The notes: a model not told the origin generated them from the letters alone. Shown: positions 13,233-27,830, counted from the whole stretch's first letter. The stretch: 63,526 nt of DNA, filler included, from Octopus bimaculoides (GCF_001194135.2; 4 parts of 3 records of this genome joined end to end with filler, not necessarily neighbours in it), one strand, 5' to 3'. Made by a program: numbers and translations.

Positions 13233-14697
13233 GTGTCTGAGTGTGTGCGTGTGTGTGTTTGTGTGTGTATTTGTGTGTATGTGTGTTTGGGTGTGTTTGT
13301 GTGTGTGTGTGTTTGTCCGTCAGTGTTCGTGTTGTGTGTGTGTGTGTGTGTTATCTCTTTATTGTTGCAAATAGCTTTAAATCACCTAGCGGAATGGTTC
13401 ACGGTAAACTTGACAAATGGTTAAGAATAAAAGAATCGAAATATTAGAGAATTGCTCATACAAAAGACCAATTACTTGCGAGTAGACATTTGGCATTTTC
13501 GACTGATGCGTGATTATTTGAAAAACTAAGATAAATTTTAAATAGTTAAACTAACTTATAAAGCCTTCGTTGTAACTGACACTCCGTCGTTTACGACGAG
13601 GGTTCCAGCTGATCCAATCAATGGAAGAGCCTGCTCGTGAAATTAACGTGCAAGTGACTGAGGACTCCACAGACACGTGTACCCTTCACATAGTTCTCAA
13701 GAGAATTCAGCGCGACGCAGAATGTGCCAAGGTCGGCGCTTTTCAATTACGGGTACAACTCATTTTTGCCAGCTGAAATAAAGTGCCTGGCTCAAGGACA
13801 CAACGCGTCGCCGGGAATTGAACTCACGTCCTCACAATCATGAGCCGAATACCGCTAAGCACTAGGCCACACGCCTTCGCAAAATTATCCGGTAGCTGAA
13901 AACATATGTTATCTTCATATACTAGGAAGGCGGTGAGCTGGCAGAAATGTTAGTACGCCGGGCGAAATGCTTAGCGGTATTTTGTGTCTGAGTGTGTGCG
14001 TGTGTGTTTGTGTGTATATTTGTGTGTATGTGTGTTTGGGTGTGTGTTTGTGTGTGTGTGTTTGTACGTCAGTGTTCGTGTTGTGTGTGTGTGTGTGTGT
14101 GTGTGTGTTATCTCTTTATTGTTGCAAATAGCTTTAAATCACCTAGCGGGAATGGTTGACGGTAAACTTGACAAATGGTTAAGAATAAAAGAATCGAAAT
14201 ATTAGAGAATTGCTCATACAAAAGACTAATTACTTGCGAGTAGACATTTGGCATTTTCGACTGATGCGTGATTATTTGAAAAGCTAAGATAAATTTTAAA
14301 TAGTTAAACTAACTTATAAAGCCTTCGTTGTAACTGACACTCCGTCGTTTACGACGAGGGTTCCAGCTGATCCAATCAATGGAAGAGCCTGCTCGTGAAA
14401 TTAACGTGCAAGTTACTGAGGACTCCACAGACACGTGTACCCTTCACATAGTTCTCAAGAGAATTCAGCGCGACGCAGAATGTGCCAAGGCCGGCGCTTT
14501 TCAATTACGGGTACAACTCATTTTTGCCAGCTGAAATAAAGTGCCTGGCTCAAGGACACAACGCGTCGCTGGGAATTGAACTCACGTCCTCACAATCATG
14601 AGCCGAATACCGCTAGTATATGAAGATAACATATACTAGGAAGGCGGTGAGCTGGCAGAAATGTTAGTACGCCGGGCGAAATGCTTAGCGGTATTTT
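13233..14697 (+). repeat. Tandem duplication, about 750 + 715 bp
   Basis: Two near-identical blocks starting TGTGTCTGAGTGTGTGCG; scattered SNPs and one complex indel. Confidence 0.92.
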
Positions 14698-14802
14698 GCT
14701 TGTCTTTACGTTCTGCGTTCAAATTCCGTTGAGGTCGACTTTGCATTTCATTCTTTCGGGGTGGATAAATTAAATACCAGTTATAATTTTTTATAATTAA
14801 GC

Positions 14803-15150
14803 ATTATTACCCTGCGCGCGTAAGCGAAAGCAGGGTATTGTAGTCGCTCGTCTTTGTCTATTTGTCTGTGTGTCTCCAAAATTACTGGAAAACGGCAGAA
14901 CGGATTTTCACCAGATTTGGCTGAAGTACTCATTAGGTGAGTGATTTTGGTTTGATTATCTTATTTTCTCTCTCTTTGAACTTAAGCCTAAACGAAAAGC
15001 AGGGGAAATACCTCTTCGTTTTGTTGAAATATCAATTCATCTGAGAATATATTTATTAAATCAAATTTTATTATCTCCTTTTGCATCCCACCTATGCTTT
15101 TTTTTTGTTTTTTCATTAGGAATTGCATAAAAAAATATATTGTGAACATA
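14803..15150 (+). mobile_element. Helentron-associated (HINE/DINE-1-like) element
   Basis: 5' TT, inverted repeat TACCCTGC...GCAGGGTA, GTCT-type microsatellite, then CGGATTTTCACCAGATTTGG. Right end approximate. Confidence 0.65.
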
Positions 15151-15928
15151 TTTTGTGTATCATAGAAGTATAACCAATTTTTTGCGGATAAATTTTAGCA
15201 ACAAAATCTTATATGGACTTCCAAGGGCCATGTGGACTCTAGTTGAGAACCACCAGTCTATACATTCTGAGTTCAAATTCCCCCGAGGTCAACTTTACCG
15301 TTCACCTTTTCGAGTTCGATACAAGAAGTACCAGTCAGGTACTGGGGTGGATGTAATTGACTTATCCCCAAAATTGAGCCTACTGTCGATAGATTATTGT
15401 TTTCGTTCATAGAAAAAAATAGAGATTATTCTGACACGTTTAATACACATTTTTCTGTGTATGAAGAGAATAACGATATGTAATTACATCGGTTTATGTT
15501 CCGAGGCGATCGATTAGTGTAAATCTTCAATTTAATTATTTAAAAAATTTATCTTGTGTTTCTTGTACAACAAATGTTTATTAATTAGTTATTATTTGAA
15601 TCATATCACCGAATAACAAACAGTTTGTAATTGCACGTGTGTGTGTGTTTGCCTGCACATATATACGCATAAACATTTATTCCATAATCTCTCTCAGACT
15701 TATCTTCGAGTTCTTTATTCTAAGTAATAACGCATGACTTCTTTGCATACATACACATATACATACATACATACATACATACATAAGTACTTACGCACAT
15801 TGTTTGGTGGAGAATAGAAGTTTTGGATACACAGCTCGATGAAAAATGAGACCCGTCAAAGCGTAGAGGAACTAAGGAAAGCCAAGGGCTATTCTATACA
15901 GTCAAGAGCAGATGGTGCTCACCATTTG

Positions 15929-16008
<80 letters not shown>

Positions 16009-16009
16009 T

Positions 16010-16200
16010 TCCGATCACTCCGTATTTAAACTATTTATCCTCGTCCGGACCTTCTCTTTTTCATCTTTCTGACGAAGAGCCATGATCGAAAAGTTAAACA
16101 CCTAATCTTTCTTTCATCTTATACTCACCGCCTTGCTAATACTTTCCATATATACATCCTTTGAACTTTTGTTGTTTTGTTAATTGTTTGTTAACTTTCC
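16010..16200 (+). mobile_element. Related short repeat with a hammerhead-like fold
   Basis: CTTT-CTGACGA-A-GAGC-CAT-GATC-GAAAA-GTT-AAAC. Confidence 0.5.
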
Positions 16201-16961
16201 TAAATATACATACATGTGTGTGTGTGTGTGTGTTTGTAAATATAGTAGAAAAAAATAGAAAGTCCTTGGTACAGTATAATTCATTTGAAAAAAAAAAAAA
16301 TGAATAGAAATGGCTTTCCTGACAAGTTTTCCTCTTTATCTAATTATCAAAGTGGAAAAATTATCAGAAAAGATATTTCAATTCCTTTTTTCAAACATGT
16401 ACGTGTGTGTGTGTGTATGGTGTATTACTAGATTCAGCCATTGCACTGCGACCATGCCGGGGCGTCGTTTTCAAGATATTGGATCGTATTAATACCAATA
16501 TGTATTTCAGCCAGATACGTAAGTAATCAATCTTTTCTGTCGACAAAATTACAATACATTCATGTGACTCAACATATGTAACAGCATCGATTTTGAACGC
16601 GGCGTAAACTTAAACCAATATATTGGCCATCCCCTTCAATTATCTCGCTAACTAGACTCTGCAGCACCAAGCAACTGAAAGATGAGTCAAACTGTTATTC
16701 CAGTATATATGCAAGTCCTGCCAGATTTGGTTAATACCACAGTGTTTCATTTGTCCACCCACTACATACACATAAATACACATATATACATAAATATACA
16801 TAAATGTATATATGTATATATATTTATATGTAGATATATGTACATACATATACGTTGAGAGAGAGACGTGTATATGTATATTTGTATATATATATGTATA
16901 TGTATGTATACTTATATATATACATATATACATACGTATGTGTACATACTTACATCTGTAC

Positions 16962-17029
<68 letters not shown>

Positions 17030-17030
<1 letters not shown>

Positions 17031-17330
17031 TATGTGAGCACAGGACGTCGCGAAACGTGTACAACAAAGAAGTACGAAGCATGAGTACATGGAACATGAA
17101 CTACTCTTTCGAACAACGAAAGACACAAATGGAAAACAAGACAAACAACATAAAGAACGACCCTTCATCAGTTGTTGGCTGACTTTCTAGTCTCGTATTT
17201 CGAGCATTTAACAAGAATATACGCTTTCGATAAGACAGTTGCTCTCGCAAAGTGGTGATGCTGGGCTTTGTATTTTTTCATAGCTCCCATGATTACCGAG
17301 ATAATCTACTATAATAATACTCTTGTGTTT
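17030..17330 (-). mobile_element. (TA)n-associated repeat, Penelope-terminus-like
   Basis: CTGATGAAG and TCGAAA motifs on the minus strand; abuts a long (TA)n. Confidence 0.4.
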
Positions 17331-17830
17331 ATGAATGAGAAAGGAAGGGGTGATAGATGAATAAGGAAGGAAAGGATGATCTCATACTTGGTAGTGGGAT
17401 GATGAAAATTGTACGCTGAAAAAATAAATCAAACAACTTATGTGAATATATAAGATTAACTGAAAAGTTCTTTTTATATTTCACGGTAGGCGACCGATGC
17501 TGCCGAATGCACGAATAAGATTACAAGGGTTAAGAAATGGGCTACTTATGTTTCATAGCGAGTGGAAACCTCGGAAGTGGTAAATATTGAAGCGAGGGTA
17601 TCTTGATTGAATGAAGTAAAAACAGACATGCACATGTTTTTATATAAAGCAAAATGGAAAGCAATATGGTAAACCATATGTGATCAAAAAAACAACCAAA
17701 CGGGTAGAGCAGTAAATGAATACGTTACATGTTTTCTAAGAAACCATACACAATATAAATCTATACAGACAGAAAAAAAAATACGAAAATCTTCTTGTTT
17801 ATCTATTACTTTTACTAATTTCATTGTTGT

Positions 17831-18294
<464 letters not shown>

Positions 18295-18449
18295 ATTATT
18301 ATAAATTGTTGTTATTATTATTATTGTTGTTGTTGTTGTTGTTGTTATTGTCGTTGTTATTATTATTATTATTACTTTTATTATTATTATTATTATTACT
18401 TTTATTGTTATCATTATTATTAATATTACTTTTATTATTATTATTATTA

Positions 18450-18534
<85 letters not shown>

Positions 18535-18774
18535 CATTATTATTTTTATTATTATTATATCGTTTCGTCTTGTATTTTCTTTATTTGCACATTTAGTTTA
18601 TAGAGTTATTCATTCTAATATGTTATTCTGTGATTCTGCTATTCCACATGGTGTCTTTTTACCACGTATTCCATTGATTTGACGCGCATTCGTTAAGCAT
18701 ATGCCACTGCGCTACCCTACTGTGAAGCATATAGATGAGTTGTACGTACGAATATATGTACACAAAAATTATAC

Positions 18775-18845
<71 letters not shown>

Positions 18846-18945
18846 NNNNNNNNNNNNNNNNNNNNNNNNNNNNNNNNNNNNNNNNNNNNTTAATTAATTA
18901 ANNNNNNNNNNNNNNNNNNNNNNNNNNNNNNNNNNNNNNNNNNNN
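18846..18945. other. Artificial 100-bp spacer 44N-TTAATTAATTAA-44N
   Basis: Identical structure at 42182-42281 and 52012-52111; the 12-mer gives stops in all six frames. Confidence 0.95.
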
Positions 18946-19089
18946 ATACATATATATATACATATATATATACATATATATATACATATATATATACATA
19001 TATATATACATATATATATACATATATATATACATATATATATACATATATATACATATATATACATATATATATACATATATATATAC

Positions 19090-19120
<31 letters not shown>

Positions 19121-19166
19121 CATATATATACATATATATATATACATATATATACATATATATATA

Positions 19167-19547
19167 GGTGCAGGCGTGGCTGCATGGTAAGAAGCTTGCT
19201 TCCCCACCATGTGGTTCTGGGTTCAGTCCTACTGAGTGGCGCCTTGGGCAAGTGTTTACTATAGCCTAGGGCTGATCAAAGCCTTGTGAATAGGTTTGGT
19301 AGATGGAAACTGAAAGAAGCCTGTCCTATATGTATATATATGTAGATGTGTGTGTGTCTGGCCCCCTGTCATCACTTGAAAACTGATGCTGGTGTGTTTA
19401 TGTCCCTGTCACTTAGTGGTTCAGCAAAAGAGACTGATAGAATAAGTACTAAGCTTACAAAGAATAAGTTGTAGGGTCAATTTCTTCAATTAAAAACCCT
19501 TTAAGGTGGTGCTCCAGCATGGCAGCAGTCAAATGACTGAAACAAGT

Positions 19548-19550
<3 letters not shown>
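19167..19550 (+). mobile_element. tRNA-derived SINE family A (full length)
   Basis: A-box TGGCTGCATGG, B-box GGTTCAGTCC, CCTTGGGCAAGTG core, internal (TA/TG)n. Other copies: 10580-10890, 21290-21430, 23095-23360, 28840-29215(-), 37610-37800(-), 40190-41010, 55050-55190(-). Confidence 0.9.
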
Positions 19551-19585
<35 letters not shown>

Positions 19586-19602
19586 TATATATATATATAA
19601 GA

Positions 19603-19633
<31 letters not shown>

Positions 19634-20445
19634 TATATANNNNNNNNNNNNNNNNNNNNNNNNNNNNNNNNNNNNNNNNNNNNNNNNNNNNNNNNNNNNN
19701 NNNNNNNNNNNNNNNNNNNNNNNNNNNNNNNNNNNNNNNNNNNNNNNNNNNNNNNNNNNNNNNNNNNNNNNNNNNNNNNNNNNNNNNNNNNNNNNNNNNN
19801 NNNNNNNNNNNNNNNNNNNNNNNNNNNNNNNNNNNNNNNNNNNNNNNNNNNNNNNNNNNNNNNNNNNNNNNNNNNNNNNNNNNNNNNNNNNNNNNNNNNN
19901 NNNNNNNNNNNNNNNNNNNNNNNNNNNNNNNNNNNNNNNNNNNNNNNNNNNNNNNNNNNNNNNNNNNNNNNNNNNNNNNNNNNNNNNNNNNNNNNNNNNN
20001 NNNNNNNNNNNNNNNNNNNNNNNNNNNNNNNNNNNNNNNNNNNNNNNNNNNNNNNNNNNNNNNNNNNNNNNNNNNNNNNNNNNNNNNNNNNNNNNNNNNN
20101 NNNNNNNNNNNNNNNNNNNNNNNNNNNNNNNNNNNNNNNNNNNNNNNNNNNNNNNNNNNNNNNNNNNNNNNNNNNNNNNNNNNNNNNNNNNNNNNNNNNN
20201 NNNNNNNNNNNNNNNNNNNNNNNNNNNNNNNNNNNNNNNNNNNNNNNNNNNNNNNNNNNNNNNNNNNNNNNNNNNNNNNNNNNNNNNNNNNNNNNNNNNN
20301 NNNNNNNNNNNNNNNNNNNNNNNNNNNNNNNNNNNNNNNNNNNNNNNNNNNNNNNNNNNNNNNNNNNNNNNNNNNNNNNNNNNNNNNNNNNNNNNNNNNN
20401 NNNNNNNNNNNNNNNNNNNNNNNNNNNNNNNNNNNNNNNNNNNTA

Positions 20446-20519
<74 letters not shown>

Positions 20520-20764
20520 TTACGTATAAATTATTGAAACTTAGCCACAGCTGCAATTTTTTTGTAGGACAAAAGATAACGTGGAGACTTTCTCTCTTTT
20601 GATGCATCACAAGATCAATATCAACAGCATTACTCCACTCCCGGCCACCACTACAGGAAAAAAACCTCTGGCTTTGCACCAAAGCGAAATAGCAAATAAA
20701 CAACATTGAATAAATAAGTATAAAGATTTGGCACAACCAGTAGATTAAAACCTGTCTTGAGTGT

Positions 20765-21200
20765 AAAGGGCTTAAGCCTTTCACACTCGATGGAGTATAG
20801 TCTGTCCATGGCTATCTCCACTCTTCTCAATTCTGGGTTGTCTTTTCTGCTTCTCTCCAGTTTGATCCTTGCTTTTTCAGGCAGACAAACTGCCTCAGTA
20901 TCTTGCCTTCAGCTACTTTTAGGGTGTCCTTTCCTTCTGCCTCCTTTACAGGTTCCAAGTCAGGGCCTGATATGTAACCCAAGATGTTGGTTTCCTTTCA
21001 GATTTTGCTGCATTGTGTAAGGATTTTCTAAGTTGAAGGCCTTCTCTCAAATCTTGGTTTTAAAGGGTCAATAATGCTTCTCTAACTTTGCTTTATTCTC
21101 GGTAGGAGCATCGGCCCTATGCAAACCCATTTTTACCTCTGAGGTGATTTACAATAGCGCAACCTTTATCCTTTAACCTGTTCAGCATGGGATGCCTTAC
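20765..21200 (-). mobile_element. RTE-type LINE 3' fragment
   Basis: QALTWN...GHPKSS.RQD...WREAEK..QN..EWR C-terminal pattern. Confidence 0.75.
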
Positions 21201-22571
21201 TAGAAGCTTGTGCTCTGCTGGTTTAGCCCTCAAGACTATTGAGGCACACAACCCACCACACTATGATAAGGACTAGACCTTCCAGTGGCAGATATGGCTG
21301 TGTGGTAAGAAGCTTGCTTCCCAACCACAGGGCTCGGTGTTCAGTCCCACTGCATGGTACCTTGGGTAAGTGTCTTACTATAGCTTTTAGCCTTGTGAAT
21401 GGATTTGGTAGACAGAAATTCAAAGAAACCTAACATATATCATCATCATCACTTAATATTTGTTGTCCATGTTGGTATGGGTTGGACGGTTTGACCAGAG
21501 CAAGGCAAACTGTAGAGCTGCACCAAACTCCAGTCTGATTTGGCATGGTTTCTGTGGCCGGATGCCCTTCCTAACACCAGCCACTTAACAGAGTGTGCTG
21601 GGTGCGTTTATGTGGCACCACACAGGCGCCGTGTGTGTGAGTGTGTGTGTGTGTGTATGTCTTTGTTCCCCACCCACTGCTTGACAACTGGTGTTGGTGT
21701 GTTTATGTCCCCATAACTTAGCACTTCAGCAAATGAGACTATGGATATCCAAATCATTTCATTCTTAGACTAATTCTAGGCCTCCTTGCCAGTTTGGCTT
21801 GGCTTGAAGAATCCATCTTGTGGTTCCTTGTCTATGACATCCTAATCACACATCTCTAACAGGACAGAACCCAGAATGATGCTGGTGACTGTGAAACCTT
21901 TTCCTAAACCACACAGCTATACTCACGCCGATGTGTGTACGTGAGTGTGTATTCATTTATCTTACATCTGTTTCTCTATACTAGCAAGGGTTGGACAGAT
22001 ACATATTTGAAATGGTATTATTTAACCAGACATGCTCTTCCTGTTACCAACCGTTACCTGTATAAGGGAATTATTATTATTATTATTATTATCATTCCAC
22101 ACTTCTGTTTTGGGAGTTACTCAGTGCTCCTACCAGTGTATCCTGTTCACTCTGTAAAGTGGTTGGCGTTAGGAAGGGCATCCAGCCGTAAAAACCCATG
22201 CCAAAACAGTGAAGCCCGGTGCAGTCTTCTGGCTAGCTAGCTCCAGTCAAACCTTTCAATCCATGCTGGCATGGGTTAAATGATGATCATCTGTGAGCGG
22301 GAAGAGTTACAGGACATGTTGTTTGCAGGGAATGTAAACATAACATCACCGTTTTGCTTAGACGACGCAGAATGTTAACATTCGAGAACACAGACACACA
22401 TGCAAAAACAAACACATTTACACACGTAAATATACAATCAGAGCCATGTTTAACATACAAACATGATCCCAAACACATTCTGAGAGAGGGACATTTAAAC
22501 ACAGAGGTGCATTTACAGACACACATCCAAAAGCAAACACATTTACACACGTTAATACGCAGAGAGCCGTG

Positions 22572-22709
22572 TTTTTCAGATTAACACCCGCACGATTTTC
22601 ACTAGGGTGTTAGGGTTTAGGGTTACGGTTAGGTAAATCCGTCCCTAACCGTAACCGTAACCCTAAAACCCTAGTGAAGATCGTGCGGGTGTTAATCTGA
22701 AAAATTACC
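22572..22709. mobile_element. Third copy of the Merlin-like MITE, left tip truncated
   Basis: Near-perfect palindrome with the same TIR sequence and TTAGGG/CCCTAA core. Confidence 0.75.
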
Positions 22710-23381
22710 AAATAGTTTTCTGGGAACGAATTACGGTTTATAACATTGCTACTATGAGAAATTACTGCTCTGCTTTTACGAGCGGTCTCCGAAAACAAAT
22801 TAACTTGTATATCGAGGCATTTCTGTATATACAACGACAGATTCCTAGAAACACACACAAAACAAAAGACAGCTCTCGATCGTAAAATGAAACCTAATAC
22901 AAACATTAACACAAGCTTGACTAATACATCCGCCATCAGTGCCATCCTCAACCACTACCGGTGAAATAATTGAATACACACACACACACACACACCAATA
23001 TATATACACACATACAATACATACATACGCATTATATACAAGTACAAAATTTTAAACCGGTTTAGAAACTACAAGGAACATTGTTATACAAAGGGGTGGC
23101 TGTGTGGTAAGAAGCTTGCTTCCCAACCACATGGTTCTGGGTTCAATCCCACAACGTGGCACCTTGGGCAAGTGTGTTCTACTATAGTCTTGGGCCGACC
23201 AAAGCCTTGTAAGTGGATTCGGTAGACGGAAACTGAAAGAAGCCCGTTGTGCGTGTGTGTGTGTATGCGCGCGCGATTACCCACTCACACCACCACTACT
23301 CCCCTATCGCTTGAAAACCGGTGTTGGTTTCTTTACGTTCCCATAAGCTAGCGGTTCGACAAACAATACCTGAAAAAAAAT

Positions 23382-23724
23382 GGTAATTTTTCAGATTAAC
23401 ACACGCACGATCTTCACGAGGATTTTAGGGTCAGGGTTAGGGTTAGTTTTAGGGTTAGGGTTACGGTTAGGGACGGAATTCCCTAACCCAAACCCNNNNN
23501 NNNNNCACACACCAATATATATACACACATACAATACATACATACGCATTATATACAAGTACAAAATTTTAAACCGGTTTAGAAACTACAAGGAACATTG
23601 TTATACAAAGGGGTGGCTGTGTGGTAAGAAGCTTGCTTCCCAACCACATGGTTCTGGGNNNNNNNNNNACCCTAACCCTAACACCCTAGTGAAGATCGTG
23701 CGGGGGTTAATCTGAAAAATTACC
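23382..23724. mobile_element. Second copy of the Merlin-like telomere-repeat MITE, interrupted by an assembly artefact
   Basis: Same TIRs; 9-bp TSD AAAAAAAAT on both sides. Confidence 0.75.
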
Positions 23725-25009
23725 AAAAAAAATATGTACCAGGATGAAAAAAGAAACAAACCCTGGGATCGATTCTTCAAAGCGGTGCCCCAGCCTGGCC
23801 ACACAGACTGAAACAAGATATATACGCTCTCACACACACACACGAATGCATATTTAAATGGGTGTTTGGAGAAAAGGTACTCGTTAAAGTTACGAAACTG
23901 TTACCAAAATCAATACGTCCCAAAGATGTTCAGGATAGCTCTATGTCCTGCTTATGTTATGAGCTCGTTGTTTTCATTTCAAACTTTCTGTCACACTTAA
24001 GTACCCTAATCAATCAATCTGTATGAATGTATGTACGTATGTATATATGTTCGTATACATACATACATACACAGGAAGAGAAAAGATTTTAAAGTATTTT
24101 ACAAGCTTTTTTCGCAACAATTTATAGACAAAGTGCAGTTCTAATATTTGTATATGCACAGCTATATACATACATACATACATACATACATACACAATAC
24201 AAACATATATACATGCATATGATAAAATACCTTTGTTCAAACAGTTTAACACAGAAATATATACACCTGTATACGCATAGGCAGATCTGTTGTTATAAAC
24301 ACTGATACATATTTCTATATAGCTTTATACTTTTGTACAGATGTAGTTATATGTAACAAACGTTTACATATTCAGCATGTATGTGTGTGTGTGTGTATAC
24401 ACACGCATTTGTGTATAGTTTTATGCATTTATTCAGACATATAACACATTTACATACCCAGCTCAAAGATAGATAGATACACAAAAATGTATACACATTT
24501 TTATATAGTTTTAGTTGATACAGAAAGCTATATATATATAAATATATATATATATGTATGTATGTATGTATATACCAAACCACACTAACATATAGTCAGC
24601 TAACTAATTATGTATGTACCTGTATATATATGTGTATGTATATATATAAATATATATATACACACACACACACAGAGTATTCGCCAGTGAGTCAGTTTTA
24701 AGTTGCGGTTAGTGCTGGCAAACAGCTACACTAACTTTGTGATTATGTCCTTAGGGTGTGTTAACACATTAGAATGTTCTGTGTAAAATAACAGCATTTA
24801 ATGAACTACTATATAATTACGAATCACTTCTATCATGTCACACCACATACATACATACACACGTATGCGCGCGTGTGTGTGTGTATTGTATTCTAAGAAA
24901 CCAAGTCAGAAAAAAAAATAGTCACTCGTATATTTGTCAATAGAATGGGTATATTAATGAAAGTATACAATAATTATAGATCAATTACAACCAACCCGAT
25001 AGACGGACT

Positions 25010-26191
25010 GAGAGAGAGAGATAGAGAAAGAAAGACAGACAGAGATATATAGACAGATATACAGACAGATAGATATATAGACACAGAGATATACATACTG
25101 GACAGATAGATAGATACTAGATAGATAAACAGACAGGCAGATAGATAGATAGATAGATACTAGATAGACAGACAGACAGATAGATGCTAGATAGACAGAC
25201 AGACAGAAAGATGATAGATAGACAGAAAGATAGATACTAGATAGACAGACAGACGGATAGAAACTAAATAGATAGAAAGACAGATAGATACTAGATAGAC
25301 AGACGGATGGATAGATAGATAAATAGAGACTAAATAGATAGATAGATCGATAGATACTAGATATAGATATAGATACAGATACTAGACGGATTGACAGAGA
25401 GATAGTATACAAATCAACGGACAAATAGATACTAGATAGACATAGATATATAAATAAATACACAGATGTATTGGTAGGCAGACAGATATAATATATGTAT
25501 GTGTATATATTATATATGCATTGTATGCATATATATACACACCACTGTGTCTACGGGTGGGTTTCTAAGCATATATGTTGTGTATAATGAACATTAAAGG
25601 GTGGTTAACTCTACTTCCTAAAGCATCGGGAATAATTTTTGTATATGCTTAGACCTTGTTCATACAAACGAGCATACACAAACATGTTTCCACACACACA
25701 CACGTATGTATGTGTGTATATATATATGCATACATACACACAGAACAATCGATTGTGTATGTGTGTATATATTACATAGGGCTATACAAAGCAAACGTAT
25801 AGGTGTGCATACATATATGTGTGTTTGTGTGGAGGCGTTTTTGTCCGTTTCTATTTGTATAAGAGTATAACCGATGTTTCAATACGTATACATCACTGCT
25901 AACAATACTAGGAAACTACAATTACGTGTGTGTGTGTGTATGTATAATATATATATACACATACATACACACACACGTGCATATATATTACATATACAAA
26001 GCAAACGTATGTAGGCACACGATATAAATATATATATGTGTATGTGCAGGCGTTTTTGTCCGTATCTCTATGTTTGTGTATAACTAAATATATTTCAATG
26101 TGTATATATTACAAACAACACCAGGAAAGTAATTTTGTGTGTGTGTATAATATATATATATACACGCAAAGGGAACAGTATTATTATTATT

Positions 26192-26244
<53 letters not shown>

Positions 26245-26492
26245 TAGATAAGCGCATGTACACACACATTCAGCTATATGCATAACATCGGATATCGATT
26301 AGCAACACACACACACACACATTTATATATATATATATATNNNNNNNNNNNNNNNNNNNNNNNNNNNNNNNNNNNNNNNNNNNNNNNNNNNNNNNNNNNN
26401 NNNNNNNNNNNNNNNNNNNNNNNNNNNNNNNNNNNNNNNNNNNNNNNNNNNNNNNNNNNNNNNNNNNNNNNNNNNNNNNNNNNNNNNNNNNN

Positions 26493-26526
<34 letters not shown>

Positions 26527-26790
26527 CATATATATATACCGCAATATAAACAAAATTATACACCTACCTGTGATCATGAAATAGGGTATCTCAGATGACA
26601 GATTAAAAACGGTCCTCTTTGTAACTATCAACACACGCATTTAAATATAAATATGTATGTATCTAGACAGTGTCAGTCACATATAGATATATACTTATAT
26701 ACACACATATGTATACATACGTGCATATATATATATAATATAAATGTGTTTATGTACCAGGATATGTCAATAAATAGTAATATATGTATT

Positions 26791-26822
<32 letters not shown>

Positions 26823-27464
26823 AACAGATATATATATATATATAACTATATATACCAATGCCTGTATATAAATAGATAGATATATAACTATATATCTATA
26901 TATATATACATATGTATATATCCACGGACTTTAGGCAGTGCGAGATGAGGTGTGAGTAAGACACTGTAGGGGGAGAAGGAGGAGGAGTGAAACTAAGGAG
27001 ACGGTGTTACCTCAATTAGTTCTACTTCCTGTTAAAGGCCACTTGGCATTCTGGGAGTGACGTAATGCACACATCACGGTTGGCTGAGTTTTTATTTGTT
27101 TGTTGTTGAAGGCTTTTTTAATTTTTTTTTGTTTTGTAGTTCCTATTATTTTCTCTTTGTTAATTTGTTTTAAATTAAAATTTTTTTTTCACTGACTTGC
27201 GGACGGTTGGGTGGGTGGGTGGCTAAATGAATGAGTAACGAGATAGATAGAATAAAAAACATACAAACTGGAAGATTGTTAAATAGACAAACAGATAGAC
27301 TGATTAATTAACTGATAGGTAGAAACAGACTGACAGACAGATAGATTGATAGACAGCCCAAGAGATAGAACGACAGGTATATATATTTATATAGATAGAT
27401 AGCTAGAGCAACAGATAGAAAGACATATATAGAGAGAGATAGAAAGACATATATATAGAGAGAG

Positions 27465-27531
<67 letters not shown>

Positions 27532-27680
27532 CCAGCAGATAGAAAGACAGATATCTATAGATAGATATAGATAGATAGATTAACCAGCAGATAGAAAGAC
27601 AGATATTTATAGATAGATATACATAGATAAATAGACAGATAGACAGACAGTCAGTCAGATAGATAGATAGATAGATAGAT

Positions 27681-27752
<72 letters not shown>

Positions 27753-27830
27753 CAACAGATAGAAATGCAAATATAGATATAGACAGATTGATAGATACCT
27801 ACATAGACTACAAATAGATTGATACATACA
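25010..27830. repeat. Compound microsatellite field: (GATA)n, (GACA)n, (TA)n, (CA)n
   Basis: Direct reading. Other arrays: 61-175, 7870-8080 (AAT/GAT), 17830-17966, 18295-18560, 18946-19166, 28660-28715, 30790-31008, 53258-53425, 54788-54892, 56417-56510. Confidence 0.95.

Noticed and set aside
17217-17255. A further hammerhead in the 17030 repeat
   Set aside because: Core and helix II are too degenerate to support without a family consensus.
19167-19250. tRNA genes at SINE heads
   Set aside because: Only A/B boxes; no cloverleaf; they continue into SINE bodies.
23506-23658. Exact duplicate of about 22990-23140 inside a MITE
   Set aside because: Bounded by two tiny N gaps in the middle of a palindrome; assembly artefact.
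26930-27100. Promoter-like cluster (ACTTCCTG, TGACGTAA)
   Set aside because: Short motifs with no linked exon; not distinguishable from chance.
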